This document shows positions 22,480 through 34,816 of a DNA stretch of 64,000 nucleotides, piece by piece. Each line of letters opens with the position of its first letter. The first letter of the stretch is position 1. The DNA is taken from assembly GCA_002633005.1 (NCBI GenBank), contig NMRA01000264.1:517035-581034 (forward strand), written 5' to 3'. The notes beneath the pieces were generated by a model. That model saw nothing but the letters and a program-made list of their open reading frames with translations, was not told the origin of the DNA and made no database searches. This DNA comes from Phoronis australis. Lineage: Eukaryota > Animalia > Phoronida. The position numbers and the translations under genes are program-made.

Positions 22480-23732
22480 TCAGCATAGTATCGAACTTTT
22501 CTGGGATCTATCTGCAGATGCACCATTGGAGACGATAAGAATCAGAGTAAAATGAGATCGCTGGCAAGGATGACAGTAAAGAGCAATGTCACAGACACAA
22601 ACACACGTTCTTCAACTTACAGCTCCCAAAAGGTTTAGGGCATAAAAAGGATACAGCTGGATTTTCTTTGTCGAGGAAGTCGAAATTAACAAGGATATGG
22701 TTGCCTTCACTTTTTCTGGAATTGTTCACATTCAGTTTTTTAGCAGTTTCTTTCATATTTTTAATTACCTGAAAATACCGATTACTTAATGAACAACAGG
22801 TTGATATGGTACTGTACAAGTGCAGTTTTTCTAAATAGGCCTTCGGCCCACATTACAAATATACAATAAACAGAGAGTACAGGATGTCTCAGTAAACCAA
22901 TACTAATTTACATCAAAAACTCTAGTCGACGGTTCTCAGCATTAACTAAATACATAGCAATTTTTCTCAAGTTATTTAAGACATGGTCTGTTGAAGATCC
23001 CTAAATAATGCTTCAACCACCCTGTCGAATCTAGGTAAAAACTATACGCGCAAATCAAAAGAATAATTTTCATTCCAGAATAAAGTGTGTTTCTTATCCC
23101 ACCTGTCCATTATTGCAGCAGGACCATGTTCTCTCCTCTTGACAAAACCACGGTCTGCCATAACCGAGTCTTCCTTCTGCAGAAGGTCAACTAAACCACT
23201 TGATTCAGTGACAACTTTGTCAGTTGTTAGACTAGGTGCCAAGTCAGTGACAAATGTTACATGAAACCATTGGATACAATACAAACGAGTCCCTTGGCAA
23301 TACTGGCTCGCTTTAGAGGTCTTCGGCGAGGCGTTGAGGCAGACTGGGAGTGTTTTAATGGGAAAATTGTTAGGCAGTTCCCCATATAAGTCTCCTCCCC
23401 CCTTTAAAATGTTCACTGCAAACGCGATGACCCGTAGGGGGCACGAACTCGCTGAATTTTCCCTTACTTGCTTGTCTTCCTATCCCTTTTATCCACTGTT
23501 TCCGGAAGTTCAACAACCTTAGGAAACGCGTAAAAGGACAGGTCAGTATATTTTTGTTGTTACGAGAAAACCCAGGAATACAGCAAGTGAAACCTACCAT
23601 GCCAGGCATGTCTTTTCCCTGTTCGCGTAGAGCACTTTCCTGTGTTTATTGTTTATCCGCTCCCTGGTTACTCAATTTCCCAAGATGGAACGCGCGGCGG
23701 TAAATTCAATATGGCGGATATGCACATCGGCT
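22480..23732 (-). mobile_element. Decayed ISL2EU/PIF-Harbinger element: THAP domain, DDE_Tnp_4 fragment and probable convergent YqaJ-like remnant
   Basis: 23370-23609 encodes CCIPG...RKQWIKGIGR...RVCSEHFKGG (THAP). About 23130-23230 encodes TDKVVTESSGLVDLLQKEDSVMADRGF. The + strand at 22500-22760 gives LGSSADA/IFFVEEVEI-like remnants. The terminus reads ATAGCCGATGTGC. Confidence 0.65.
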
Positions 23733-24366
23733 ATTTACATAAATCAAACTTCCGTCTCTGTGACGTAACTGTGGTTTTGATTTACCAAACCACATTTTAG
23801 TCATGCTCAGTGACACTTTTCCTGCACGAACAATGTGTCAACCTTGATGTAATTGGTTTCTAAACTGAATTTCATGTGAACATCAGCAATTTAATGTTGC
23901 AATATTCTGGTTCTGTAGGTGTAACACATGAATTTGACGTATCCCAGTCTAGTTGGTGAATTGCTATTGGTACTCAATCAGCGCAACAGATGATGAAATA
24001 CAAGTAAGATACGTGACCATGTAAAGCATATCAACCTTAATTTTCTGTGACACGACTTCGAGTCTAATGATGCGTATAAACTGCATCGAACGTAGCCTAA
24101 GTATGCACACTGACACTCGACATTACTATTTTTACAGTAAAATACCGTTTTAAGGTCATGGCATTTAGGCCAAATAAAACATTCTTTGGGAGCACTTCAA
24201 AATGCAACAACTTCGTATATGGCCTTACATAACGGAGTTTACAGTAGATATAAATTATACCAGGAAGGGATTACCAGGATGGTAATGACTTCCTGATTAT
24301 ACCTGCCGGCAGAGGACGCGCTACGTGGGTGTCTCGCTGGCAAGTTGAGGCAGTTAGATAACTTAC

Positions 24367-24561
24367 CCGTTTTTTGAAGCGCGATCGGAAAGCGCGTAAG
24401 GCGTACTGTGCTAGTGTAAACACTACCAATGCGATAAGGATATTCCTAATGAAATCCGACTCAATACGAAACCTCTCCTGTACAGCATTTCTGGAGGATA
24501 CGCCCACCCCAGACAGCAGAGATGTTAATTGTTGTTGATAGTTGTCAAACATGAAGTAATA
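24367..24561 (-). CDS. Exon encoding a TM segment plus basic juxtamembrane stretch, gene unknown
   Basis: tctgtctatttcag|YYFMFDNYQQQL...RNILIALVVFTLAQYALRAFRSRFKKR|gtaagt; 195 bp, phase 0-0, open. Confidence 0.55.
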
Positions 24562-25189
24562 CTGAAATAGACAGAAATGTGTGAATGTAAAGCCTCAGCC
24601 ATTTTCTCAGAAAGTATTTTTTATATAATTATTTTTCTCAACAGAACATCATAATTGCTGATATTTTAACACTTCAGCATTACTTGATATAAGGTGAACA
24701 ATAAGTTATTGCAATTCTTAATTTTGAACAAATAAACTGCATTTAGTGAGTAAGTCAAAATGTTTTGGAAATTTTAATTATGTTTTCTTCATAAATTTTG
24801 CGACCTGCGAACAATAGTGACTCCTTTTGAGGAATACCATTAAGTTAACACTGAACCTGATAATAGCAATGAACCATTTGCCATAAAGGAAACAAGGAAA
24901 TGAGTGGTCTTGATGTAGGTTTTAGATAATGACATAAACGAACAGTTGCACAACTATTGCCGTCAATCAATTTATAATTTAAGTAATTCAATAGAACTGT
25001 GAGTGTCAAGTCATTTGTATTGAATATTTCCTGAGGTAAATCAACTCAACAAAAACGATCGAAATGCAAATTAAAGTCAAAAAGCAATTTTAATTTCCTT
25101 CATTAGTGCTCCGTGAAATCAACCAATCGCATAACTCAAATTCAAAGGTAGAAGGGTGGTAAAGTAGGTCCGTTAGCAGAGGTTAAGAT

Positions 25190-25761
25190 TTTTTGATGCG
25201 TCACATTTGGTGCAACTATAAACAGATAAACTTTGCCTCGGCTCATAATCTCCACCCTTCTTGCGAGCTACTCTACGAAGATGGTAAGCTTGGAAGGGTC
25301 GACAGACCGAAGGATCGTAGTTCAGAATCATAAATCTGTGCTCGAAGACTCGATAGTCCGAAGAGTCCATGGTTATTTTCAAAGACATTGACCTTGCACA
25401 AACATTGGGCCATGCACACGTCGACTACATTTTCTTACTTGGTGCCATTTGATTGTAGTATGCAGCGACATGGGAGTTGGGACGTGAGGCCCAATAATGC
25501 CTAATGTCTGTAGTGCATTTACACTCTTTGGACTACAGGCTCTTCGCCCGAAATCAATTTTCGTCGTAGGGGTGAAATGCCAATCAAACGAAAATGTGCG
25601 AAAGCAAAAATAAAAATACGAACCACTAAAGGAAATACTCCTCCGTAGATAGCTGCAAGTAAACTGTAGAAAAATACTTTTTCGGTTTTAGCCCATCGAA
25701 TATACACACGTCTTCTCACGTTTGCTTCCCGTCTCAACTCTTCGAAAACTTCTCTCGGTTC
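25190..25761 (-). pseudogene. Possible decayed exon with hydrophobic segments
   Basis: gtttag|EPREVFEELRREANVRRRVYIRWAKTEKVFFYSLLAAIYGGVFPLVVRIFIFAFAHF..., then stops and frameshifts; no clean donor found. Confidence 0.3.
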
Positions 25762-25876
25762 CTAAACGTGTAATATCTGATCTGTAAGTCTATAGTCACT
25801 GAAGTAATGACAAATTGAAAAGGCTGTGCTGCACTTATATACATTTCCCACTACTCAAGGCTCATTGGCAAAACAT

Positions 25877-25992
25877 CACACGCACACACATACCCGCGCG
25901 CGCACACATACCTACACAAACACAAACGCACGCACGTACACGCACATACACGCACAGGGCGCACACACACACGCGCACACACCCACATACAT
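25877..25992. repeat. (CA)-rich microsatellite
   Basis: Direct inspection. Confidence 0.85.
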
Positions 25993-26286
25993 AAAATCTG
26001 TGCAAAATAGATCTTTCATTGATTTAGTCAGATGAAGCTTATAAAATTGCTACAACCCAGAAAACTAAATACGGCGATTATACAAAATTCAGAACCAAAT
26101 ACTCATGAGGCGTTTGTAAAATCAATAACTTCATTTGGTTAACCCCTTATACCAGTACATACAACAGACGTGTGATTGAACATTTGAATGGTGTCGAAGG
26201 ATTTGAGGGGGATTTGTAATTCTACATTGATTTTTTTGTTATTCTATATTTATATATTTGTAATTCTATATTTATGCATTTGTAAT

Positions 26287-26325
26287 TCTCTCTCTCTCTC
26301 TCTCTCTCTCTCTTTATATATATAC

Positions 26326-26367
<42 letters not shown>

Positions 26368-26660
26368 GTTTATATGCAGATGTGGGGTTATTATTTGAAA
26401 CCTTGCAGCGGGGTAAAATTTTGAGACCTTGTTCCGGGGTATATATAAAATATATAGCCCGCAATTATATATGCCCCATTGGGTATATGCCACGGAGCAA
26501 TATATATCCCGCAATAATATATACCTCACTAGGTATATGCCCCAGTACAATATATAGCCCGCAAGTATATATGTCCCGTTTGGTGTATACAATATATAGC
26601 CCACAACTTTATATGTCCCGTTAGATATATGCCTCACTACATTATATATCCCGGTTTTCC
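26287..26660. repeat. (CT)n/(TA)n microsatellite and TATATAGCCC-type minisatellite
   Basis: Direct inspection; recurrent TATATAGCCC/TATATGCCCC units at 26430-26660. Confidence 0.8.
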
Positions 26661-26699
26661 ACTGTTCTACAATCCACCCAATATACGAGCCCAGCAACT

Positions 26700-29500
26700 A
26701 CATGTATATATGTGTCACATTCGGTTAAATTCTTTATGTGCCAAAATACACTCCTCCAAACACCACTTTAATAACCTGTATGCGTCCACAACAGATTTTA
26801 CCACTTTCGAACTTAGAAATGTATGATGCTTTTATCTGTTTATTATTCGGAAACGTGAGCAGATGACACTACATGTATCTGTGTCAGGCTCTACGGTGTA
26901 AATTGATACCTTTGATAAAAATACTCTTCTAGTCTACAAATACGTTGGCACCATTTTGAATGACATTTTTGCTTAATTCGCCATCAAAAGTCTCACAGAT
27001 GAACGTTTAATCATTTATTGATCTTGCACATAGTGAACTATGAATACCATAATTATCTTTAAAATCAAGTGAAGGGCACCAAAAATAGAGGAATATACAT
27101 CCATAGGAACAATGCTTGTGATATGCATGTACAAACAGTTTCATCCTGCACATCTTAGCAGACTTCCAGTCACCACAATTTTAAAATCCAACCATCTTAG
27201 TAACAATTACCACTAAAAATCTAATTAAAGAAAATTTGACAGTTTTAGATTATTTGGTGTTTGCTTTTTTCATACAAAATCTCTCATGCATAGTGACTAC
27301 AATTCTCAATAAATGAAAGCAGTTATTTTTAAAGATGTTTAAACTGCAAAAACTGCAATGTCATTTGCCTGTATTGTCTAATTAACAAAACTCCAGTTCT
27401 GACTGGCTGTGGTTGAAGTGATGATGGTGATGATGAAGACCCTAAGGAACGATGGCGGCACTGTATATCTTAAGACAAAAAAACATAATTAAAATATTCA
27501 TTGTCACTATCATTAGTAATGGCAGATCCTGGTAACTTCACTACGCCATTATCAAATGTCCTGCTATCATCACTTTGAGCATCACGAACAGATCCCAATG
27601 ACTATTTTCCCACCTCGATGGAGACTGTCGTATTGTCATCATCACTCTCAGCATCATTGCATAGTTTGGAAATTTTTCCTTTATCTTAAAAGTCTCCAGA
27701 CTTCGTACTCTTGATGACATTAATTCAATGTATGGCCTGAAAATAAAATTGAAGTTTTTAAACATACATTTTCCTATGATAAAGGTTTGAAGATTGGGCA
27801 GGATGTTCTTTTCCATAATAAATGCATTGTGAAAGCTCTCATAAAACAGCTTTTGTTACTGTGTCTGAGACTTAATTTTAGGGAATTACAGGCATTTTTT
27901 GAATATTTTATTAAACTTAGGCCTGACAAGTATCTACTTAGTTTCATTTTTTACACTTTCCACAATTTACTTAGAGTAGAACTGTAATCATTTGGCAGGT
28001 ATCCTTGCACACATAGCAAAAGCTATCATTCCTGTGAGGTATATATTTAGTTATGAAATCTTTAGTTATACTTTACGCGTACATGTATGTCTTGTTCATA
28101 TGGTAAACATTTGTCACCACTGGAGCATGAATTTAGCTTTGAGGTTTGTACATTAGCGCTACCATTTTTTGTTGTCGCACTAAGGATTGAACCTAACACT
28201 GGAGCTTCAGACCATAGGCGTGGATCCTACATTCTTACTAAAATACACTATTTTACACAAACAATAATATAACATTAACAATTATAATAATAACAATACT
28301 TCTGTGATTTCTTCGTAGTTCAAATCTGTTAGGTGTGTCCCCTTTAGCATCCTTGCAAAGGGGACAAAGGGGAGTTAGTAGGAAAGACGTTTTAGGAGCA
28401 GTGGCCTTTTTACAGGTTTTTGGTCTCAAGACCAAAGGACCTTTATTCTAAAGAGTGTTAACCTGAAAAAATTGAGCTTTGTTTGTTTGTGAAAATTTGA
28501 CTTCACTTAAAAAGGAAACTAAACCATGTTTTGATGAACTCAACCAACCCTGCTCCTGTCATTTGCTCATGCATCATTGGCATCAATCTTGAAAGAGCTG
28601 GAATTGCTAAAAACTTGCACCCCTATCTTGCCTTTTGGTCCTTGGTGGGTGGTCTTTTCACACAGTTGCCATGAAATTCTCTAAAGCGTAGTCGCGCTTG
28701 GCCGTTTAGCTGACTTTCAAGAGTTTCAAAACTTTCCGAACTTTTCAGAGTTGTCGAGAGTTACAGGCCGTTATTTTGTTCCTGGATAGTAAATATGTTT
28801 TTGTATTTGGTGATAAGTCAAAACCGAGTATGCCTTCCTTTTGATTTTCTGAAGTGTCTTTGGTCGGAAGGGCCATTGGTCTGATTGGCCCACTGAGCAT
28901 TACATCTTGCAATAAGCCTGATTANNNNNNNNNNNNNNNNCAAATTGAAAGAAAAATCAAAATTTCGAGCTAATTACACAAAATAAACATGGGTTTAGCT
29001 AAATTTTACGTCATACATTTATTCTGTGGCCACCGGTAATTCAAAATGTGCAAAAATCCATGGTGTGTACTGTTTAAGAGTTTTCAAACTTGCTCCAAAC
29101 CGATTGGCAAGGGAATATTTTATTTCAAAGGTCCAGTTTAGCAGTCATTTGTTATTAGACCAATAACGCGTTTCTTTTAAAAGCATCAGCTCTCCGTACC
29201 GGAGAGCGCCGAAGGTCAAATTTACCAATAAGTTAAATGAATACCAAAATCTGTTTTTGTGGTTTCAACCAGTCCTAGTTCTTTCCCCTTCTAATACACC
29301 ATTGGCGTCTCACATCCAGGTTCAGCTGGAATTCAGAATGGATGGTATGGTTCTTGGTGGGTGGTCTTTAACCCAGTTGATAGCTCCATTTTAAATCGTC
29401 ACGCTTTCCGGTTTAGCAAACTTTGTACGAATTTGATTTTAAATTTACTCCAATTTTTTTAGGATTGACGATTATCACAGAGCAATATTTTGCTATAGAG
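26700..29500 (-). pseudogene. Decayed multi-exon coding remnants (PHD-like Cys/His fragment), probably transposon-derived
   Basis: Acceptor-like sites followed by broken frames, e.g. LRCAG*NC..HAYHKHC..FWCP near 27070-27170. Two related KDHPPRT segments lie at about 28640 and 29350. Confidence 0.25.
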
Positions 29501-30273
29501 AGTTAGATAGGCAAGTCTAATTAATTAAGCACACTTTAGGGCGCCTGTACAAAACACGGGCCCCGTTATTCAACAAAAAAACGGACAAAAGCGCAGAGCA
29601 CTGACATACATTTGTATTGCTATAAGTGACGTTGGAGTGAAATCGATAGAGTTCTAGAGACTACGTAAGACAATTCTTCCTCCTGACAAGAGCCTCTAAA
29701 GCTGATAAAACTTTAAAAATTCGCCATTGATGTGAGTCGTAGTAACGATCACTGTAGGATCCAAGTGATCCACGGAGGACTGACAATAATAATTCTATAT
29801 TTGCCGAGGCTTGCAGATAAGAAAAAGACAGCAATACCACAGACAAGAGACTAGTTCACATTTGCCAGTCAAACAGTCAGACGGAGTCTTAGGAAGAAAT
29901 TCCTTAAAAAACGTGAGCCCAGCTGAATTGAGTGGCGGGAACAAATCACGGCCTGCGTTTCAAGAATATTTACTTTTGTTCTTTGGAAATAAACGAACTC
30001 AGAGAGAGGAATGTTGCTCTCATTCTTTGACCTCGAGCAATTTTACTCTCACAGTCCGATGACTTCATTTGCCTAGGGTATAGGTTTAATACCGGTAATT
30101 GCGATCACAGATGCTTCTGGCCTCTAATTTCATTACCTCTGGTTATAAATTTAATAATGAGTAAATTTGTTTACTATAATCAAAGGCTCATTGTTTCTGC
30201 AGCTTGTAACTGTTTATGTCAGGAACAGATACTTGTGACGTTTGGGCGGCGTGAATGAAAGCCGATATATGGA

Positions 30274-31026
30274 ACGCCCCTAGCGTCACCTTGACGGGTC
30301 TTTTCTGACACGTTACGAATCATCGAAGCGCGTCGGACTTGTCTCGAAAGGTACTTCCCAAGTGTGTCAAATTACCGCCTCAATACTGTGCGACCAACAA
30401 GACGTTGTGGTTTGGTCAGCAATGATGTATGCTTCGATGTCAGTCAGTTTACGGTCCCAACTCACCCGACATCTGACTAGCCTAAGCCTTCCACTTTGCA
30501 TTTGACCAACAAGGGACAAGTTTACATCTAAGGAGTGTAGCACCCTGGAAAAGTACAACGGTGGCTTCTGCGTTAGAGTCGCGTGTACAGTCAAAAATGT
30601 TATAAGCAAAAGATTGTTTATCCAAATAAACGAGGCCAACGCTGTGAGTGACGAGGACTTGATGTCTGTGACCTTGGATAATTTTCTCAGTGCTGTGCCA
30701 ACAGTTGTTGAGTCCTTGTAGCTTCTGTTTGCTTAATCAGGGAAGATGTACTAGTTTTGCTCAGCGGAGACAGGACATTGTGTAGGTAGTTTTTGTGCGA
30801 GGCAGTGCTGGCCATTTTTTATATTTTTTCTTTGTGTCAAATGCTCAGTCTTTGTAATTGTCAGTCACGTCAAAACATGACGATCTCATTGGTTTGGTCA
30901 ACACTCTGTATAACCTTAACACTGATTGGTTCTTTTAAGAACATCGACAGCATCACTGACAGTCAGTGTGTTAAATAACTCGTCACGTGTCAGAAAAGAC
31001 CCGTTACAAGGTGATGCTAGTGGCGT
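30274..31026. mobile_element. TIR element with about 45-bp inverted termini
   Basis: ACGCCCCTAGCGTCACCTTGACGGGTCTTTTCTGACACG pairs with CGTGTCAGAAAAGACCCGTTACAAGGTGATGCTAGTGGCGT. Confidence 0.7.
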
Positions 31027-31215
31027 ACGGCTCCTGGTAAACACTCGCTGATGACGGAAGTAATCGTACAAGAGGACAAAACTATTACTTGTCGTGTAAC
31101 AGTATACCTGATATGGGTGGCGGGTCTTGACATAAAACTTCTCCGACTGTGCTGCCTGTAGCGAGATATGTTAGGTTATGATTTTGAACAGGCATATTTT
31201 ATTTTAAAAATCGTG

Positions 31216-31660
31216 CTAAGCAACTGACTGTTCAGAAAAGCCCAAGTCAAATACTGGAATTTGGTTACTTGAGTTAGCGACGTCGCGTCCGTCTCTCATG
31301 GACTTCAGCTTGGCTAGTGGTGTAACAATGATTCTGCCCAAACAGGTAGCGTTTGCCAGATTACGCGGCATCGAGGTCAGGACACTATCCCATATGTGTG
31401 ACAACTGGAACCTTAATCCACCTTGTTTATTCAGAGAGGGGAGCTCAATGCGCTCGCGCAAAGCTTCTTTGACACCCCTTCTGAACCAGTCTTCAACCAT
31501 CCATAAACCGTTTAATTCCCCCCGCATGCTGTCAAGGATAAGACTCATCCTGGTGATATGCTTAGTTTATGGTGTTCAGAACAAGGACCCCCAGTGCTCA
31601 GGCAGCCATGTAGGTGAACCTGATCAGTCCTTAAAATGCGTATGCCTCAACCTGGTCGCT
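31216..31660 (-). mobile_element. Penelope-like element 3' fragment (GIY-YIG C-terminus)
   Basis: EDWFRRGVKEALRERIELPSLNKQGGLRFQLSHIWDSVL. Confidence 0.75.
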
Positions 31661-31666
31661 CTAGTT

Positions 31667-32920
31667 CAAGCCAAGTCAAGTCAAGTCATTTTATTTATAG
31701 TCGGTTTAAGTAAAACAAGAGAAAAACATTAACCATAGGCCAGTACACGACAAATAAATACATAAGTTATAAAATAAATAAATATATATATAAAATAATA
31801 ACAAAATTTAAAATACTATATACAAGGTTAACAAGATTGAGCAAAATAGCACCATAGGAGAGAAGATTATGTATGATTCAAGAAATCACAGGTTCTGCAC
31901 TGACAGGGAGGCTCAGTCCATGCGTTTGCATACTGCACAAGTCTTCAGTTAAATGCAGGCTCGATTTCGCCTCCTCTGATAAAGAATTCCACAAATTAGA
32001 GCCATAGCCTCTGAAAGATCGTAGACCATACCGAGTGGTTCTACACTGAGGAATGTTTGTCCTATTGGATGATCTCAAATTATATGGGGTCCTGTGAATT
32101 GTGAGAAGGTCCCACAGAAATGGGGTGACAAATGGCTCAAAATTTTGAAAGCTTCTTTTAGAATCATTCTCTGGGGTCTAACAAGCTCAAGAGTAGGCAG
32201 ATTAGCTCTCAATAATAGAGTTTCATTTGAGCTAGAAAATCATCAAATACAAAACGCAGAGCCCTACATTGAACTCGCTCACTCTTATGTGTATTGACTT
32301 GGCCACAAAAATGCCAAATTAAAGCACAGTAGAGAAACGGGGATAAAATAAAACATTGAAAATCATCTTCCGGCTACTAAAGTCTGGAATCCTAGGCAGA
32401 CGCTGTAAAACATTGAGCTGAGCTCCTGTCTTTCGGCATAAAACTTTGATATGGTTGTCAAAACTGAGGTCCTCATTGATTACAACACCAAGTAATTTAA
32501 CGTCCACCTCACTGGTGATTTTGTCTCCTTCAACCTCGTCAACAGTCCTGGATACATTCTTGGAGTCATGAAGATATATAGAATGAAGTTTTGATGGATT
32601 TGCCTCCATCATATTTTGCTTGAACCAGGTAATTGGTTTTGAAGACTCGGATATGTCAGTATGGCAATGACATCATCTCTTATGCGAGCACTTGCTGAGA
32701 GAGCCGTTATCATCAGGATAATTATACAACTGTGCCTCAGTAAATAAGACACTGATATCATTCGCAAAAGTATTGAACAGAACTGAACCCATGATGGACC
32801 CCTGTGGCACTCCCTTGACTATATCTAGCCAATCACTAGACATTCCACCTATCCTAACACGCTGTTTCCTTCCTGACAGATAGGATCATAAAAAGACACA
32901 TGCCTGCTCACTCACACTCT
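31667..32920 (-). mobile_element. 5'-truncated CR1/L2-clade LINE (reverse transcriptase remnant)
   Basis: GVPQGSIMGSVLFNTFANDI, YPDD, VKLLGVVINEDLSFDNHI, YGLRSFRGYGSNLWNSL; (GACTT)n tail at 31667-31687. Confidence 0.88.
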
Positions 32921-32989
32921 AGTTACGGGGACACATATGATTCGGCTATTTTTAGCCTTTGCACCACCGGACAAGATTTTGAAACTAAT

Positions 32990-33720
32990 GATGTCACTAG
33001 TATCCTAGACTGTGAGGAAGATTGGTTCAGATGGACGTAAGAGAATTAGCTCTGCACGAGTGCATCGAGCGCCCCTCTTTGAATAAACAAGGTGGATTAA
33101 GGTTTCAACTGCCACACTTATGGTATAGTGTCCTGACGTAAAGCCGCGCCAACTGGCTAAAACGTCATATATTGGCCAGAACGATTGTAAAACCACAGAC
33201 AAGCTGAAGTTCGTGAGAGACGGGCGCAACGTCGCTAAATCAAGTTCAAGGTACCTAAACTACACGGTCAACGGACTCATAAACACGTGCACGGACGCAT
33301 GAACACGGCTCAGGCGGATTTGCAAACACCGTCCACTGACTCACAAACACGGGAACGGACTCACAAAACACGATCCACGCACCCAAATAAACGGGATACG
33401 GACTCATATTCACAAGGAAACACGGTTAACGGACCGCCAAACACGGGTCACGGACTCATCGGCTTCCTAGGTCAGCTGACATGTGTTTGGCGGCCCGTTA
33501 ACTGTGTTAACTTTCCTCGTGAATATGAGTCCGTGTCCCGTGTATTTGGGTGTGTGGATCGAGTTTTGTGAGTCCGTTCCCGTGTTTTGTGAGTCAGAGG
33601 ACGGTGTTTGCAGGTCCGTGAGTCGTGTTTATGAGTCCGTTGCCCGCGTAGTTTAGGTACCTTGAAGTTAGTAAAATTCAGTATATGACTACATTTTTCT
33701 GTATTTTGTTGCCTCAACTA
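32990..33720 (+). mobile_element. Second Penelope-like fragment, interrupted by a hairpin MITE
   Basis: ILDCEEDWFR. Its reverse complement aligns with 31230-31500. Confidence 0.65.
33245..33666. mobile_element. Near-perfect palindromic MITE (about 420 bp)
   Basis: TTCAAGGTACCTAAACTAC... pairs with ...GTAGTTTAGGTACCTTGAA. Arms pair almost to the centre. Confidence 0.88.
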
Positions 33721-33921
33721 GATGACTCAAAATTTCCATGCTTTTACTGACCGATTTCCTGTAACAAAGCGTTTCACCAAAATATTGTCGCCTGAGTGCT
33801 TTCCACCTCGTTGTATGACAGAGAGAATAAGATAACAGTTCATAAAAAAGATCCATGTTAAACGTGACTGTACAATCATCTCTATGATAAGAAGCGTATG
33901 TATCCTTTACAGTATGGCTGC
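33720..33921 (-). CDS. Possible second TIR exon (N-terminal half), apparently truncated by TE insertions
   Basis: cttctctttgacag| phase 1, in frame with the TIR exon: SHTVKDTYASYHRDDCTVTFNMDLFYELLSYSLCH, which is box-1-like. Confidence 0.4.
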
Positions 33922-34417
33922 CTGTCAAAGAGAAGCTCTCTAACTGAAATTATGCATATTATGCCCATTGTTTCTGAAAAGTCAACAACGGCGGTCAAAA
34001 CAAACGAATGCGTCCATCTAAAGAAGAATTAGAAGTTTCAATCATGTACTGTGTATTTAATTGACGAGTTGAATAACGTCATCTTGCCATTCATACATGT
34101 ACCTCACCATTGAGCTCTGAAAGGGAGATTTTATAGACGTATCAAAGATCTCAATTATTAACTGGCCCTATATCTAACGAAAATTGTTTAAGTCCAATAA
34201 TTTTGGTCAATTCTCTTTAGCAATAATTTCTTTTCATTAGACAATTCTTTCCGGGTGTTAAAACACTCAGAGAAACCCTTTAAATGGGTTTAGCAAAGTA
34301 GACGCCTGCCGTGTAACGTCAGGTAACAAAACTGACCGTGACCTTATTGAGCTAGTCGAGCTGAATGTAATGCAAAATACATCGTTATTAATCGCATGCT
34401 CCGGCAAAATCACTTAC

Positions 34418-34816
34418 CGTTTCGTAGTGCCTCATACAGTCTGCAACAAACCTCTTTCACTCCGATCGGGCGAGCATCAAGGCAATAGAAAGTCGACAAG
34501 TATAAACGCAGCTTGCAGGTTTTGTACAAAACCGGTATAAATTTGCTCTTTAAATTGAAGATGGACAATTGTCTTTGATAATCATCGAAACTGGTTTGCG
34601 CTGATGGACTCAGGATGGCCACAGTTATCTCGCTTTCTTGAACGAACTCTTCGATGCCACTAATTATCGTTTTTCCTAAACGTATATCTTCTTTCGTGAC
34701 ACATTTTATGTTGTAACGTTTTTTAAGCAGACTACACATTTTGTTCGCGTAACCTGCATCAAAGTCGCTGCTTAGTATAAACATATGGTTCCGATTTCCC
34801 GATTCGTCATCGCTGT
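34418..34816 (-). CDS. TIR domain exon (symmetric phase 1-1, 399 bp)
   Basis: ttttacag|...HMFILSSDFDAGYANKMCSLLKKRYNIKCVTKEDIRLGKTIISGIEEFVQESEITVAILSPS...KFIPVLYKTCKLRLYLSTFYCLDA...CRLYEALRN|gtaagt. Confidence 0.85.

Noticed and set aside
23370-23609. Domesticated THAP transcription factor
   Set aside because: It is frameshifted and attached to Harbinger-type DDE remnants.
26188-26697. Tyr/Ile-rich ORFs
   Set aside because: These are translations of TA-rich micro/minisatellites.
34103-34116. 14-nt microexon joining the two TIR segments
   Set aside because: The donor is weak, and the acceptor at 33921 already gives an in-frame join without it.
24271-34816. TIR-STING fusion
   Set aside because: No STING ligand-binding motifs were recognised downstream of the TIR exons.
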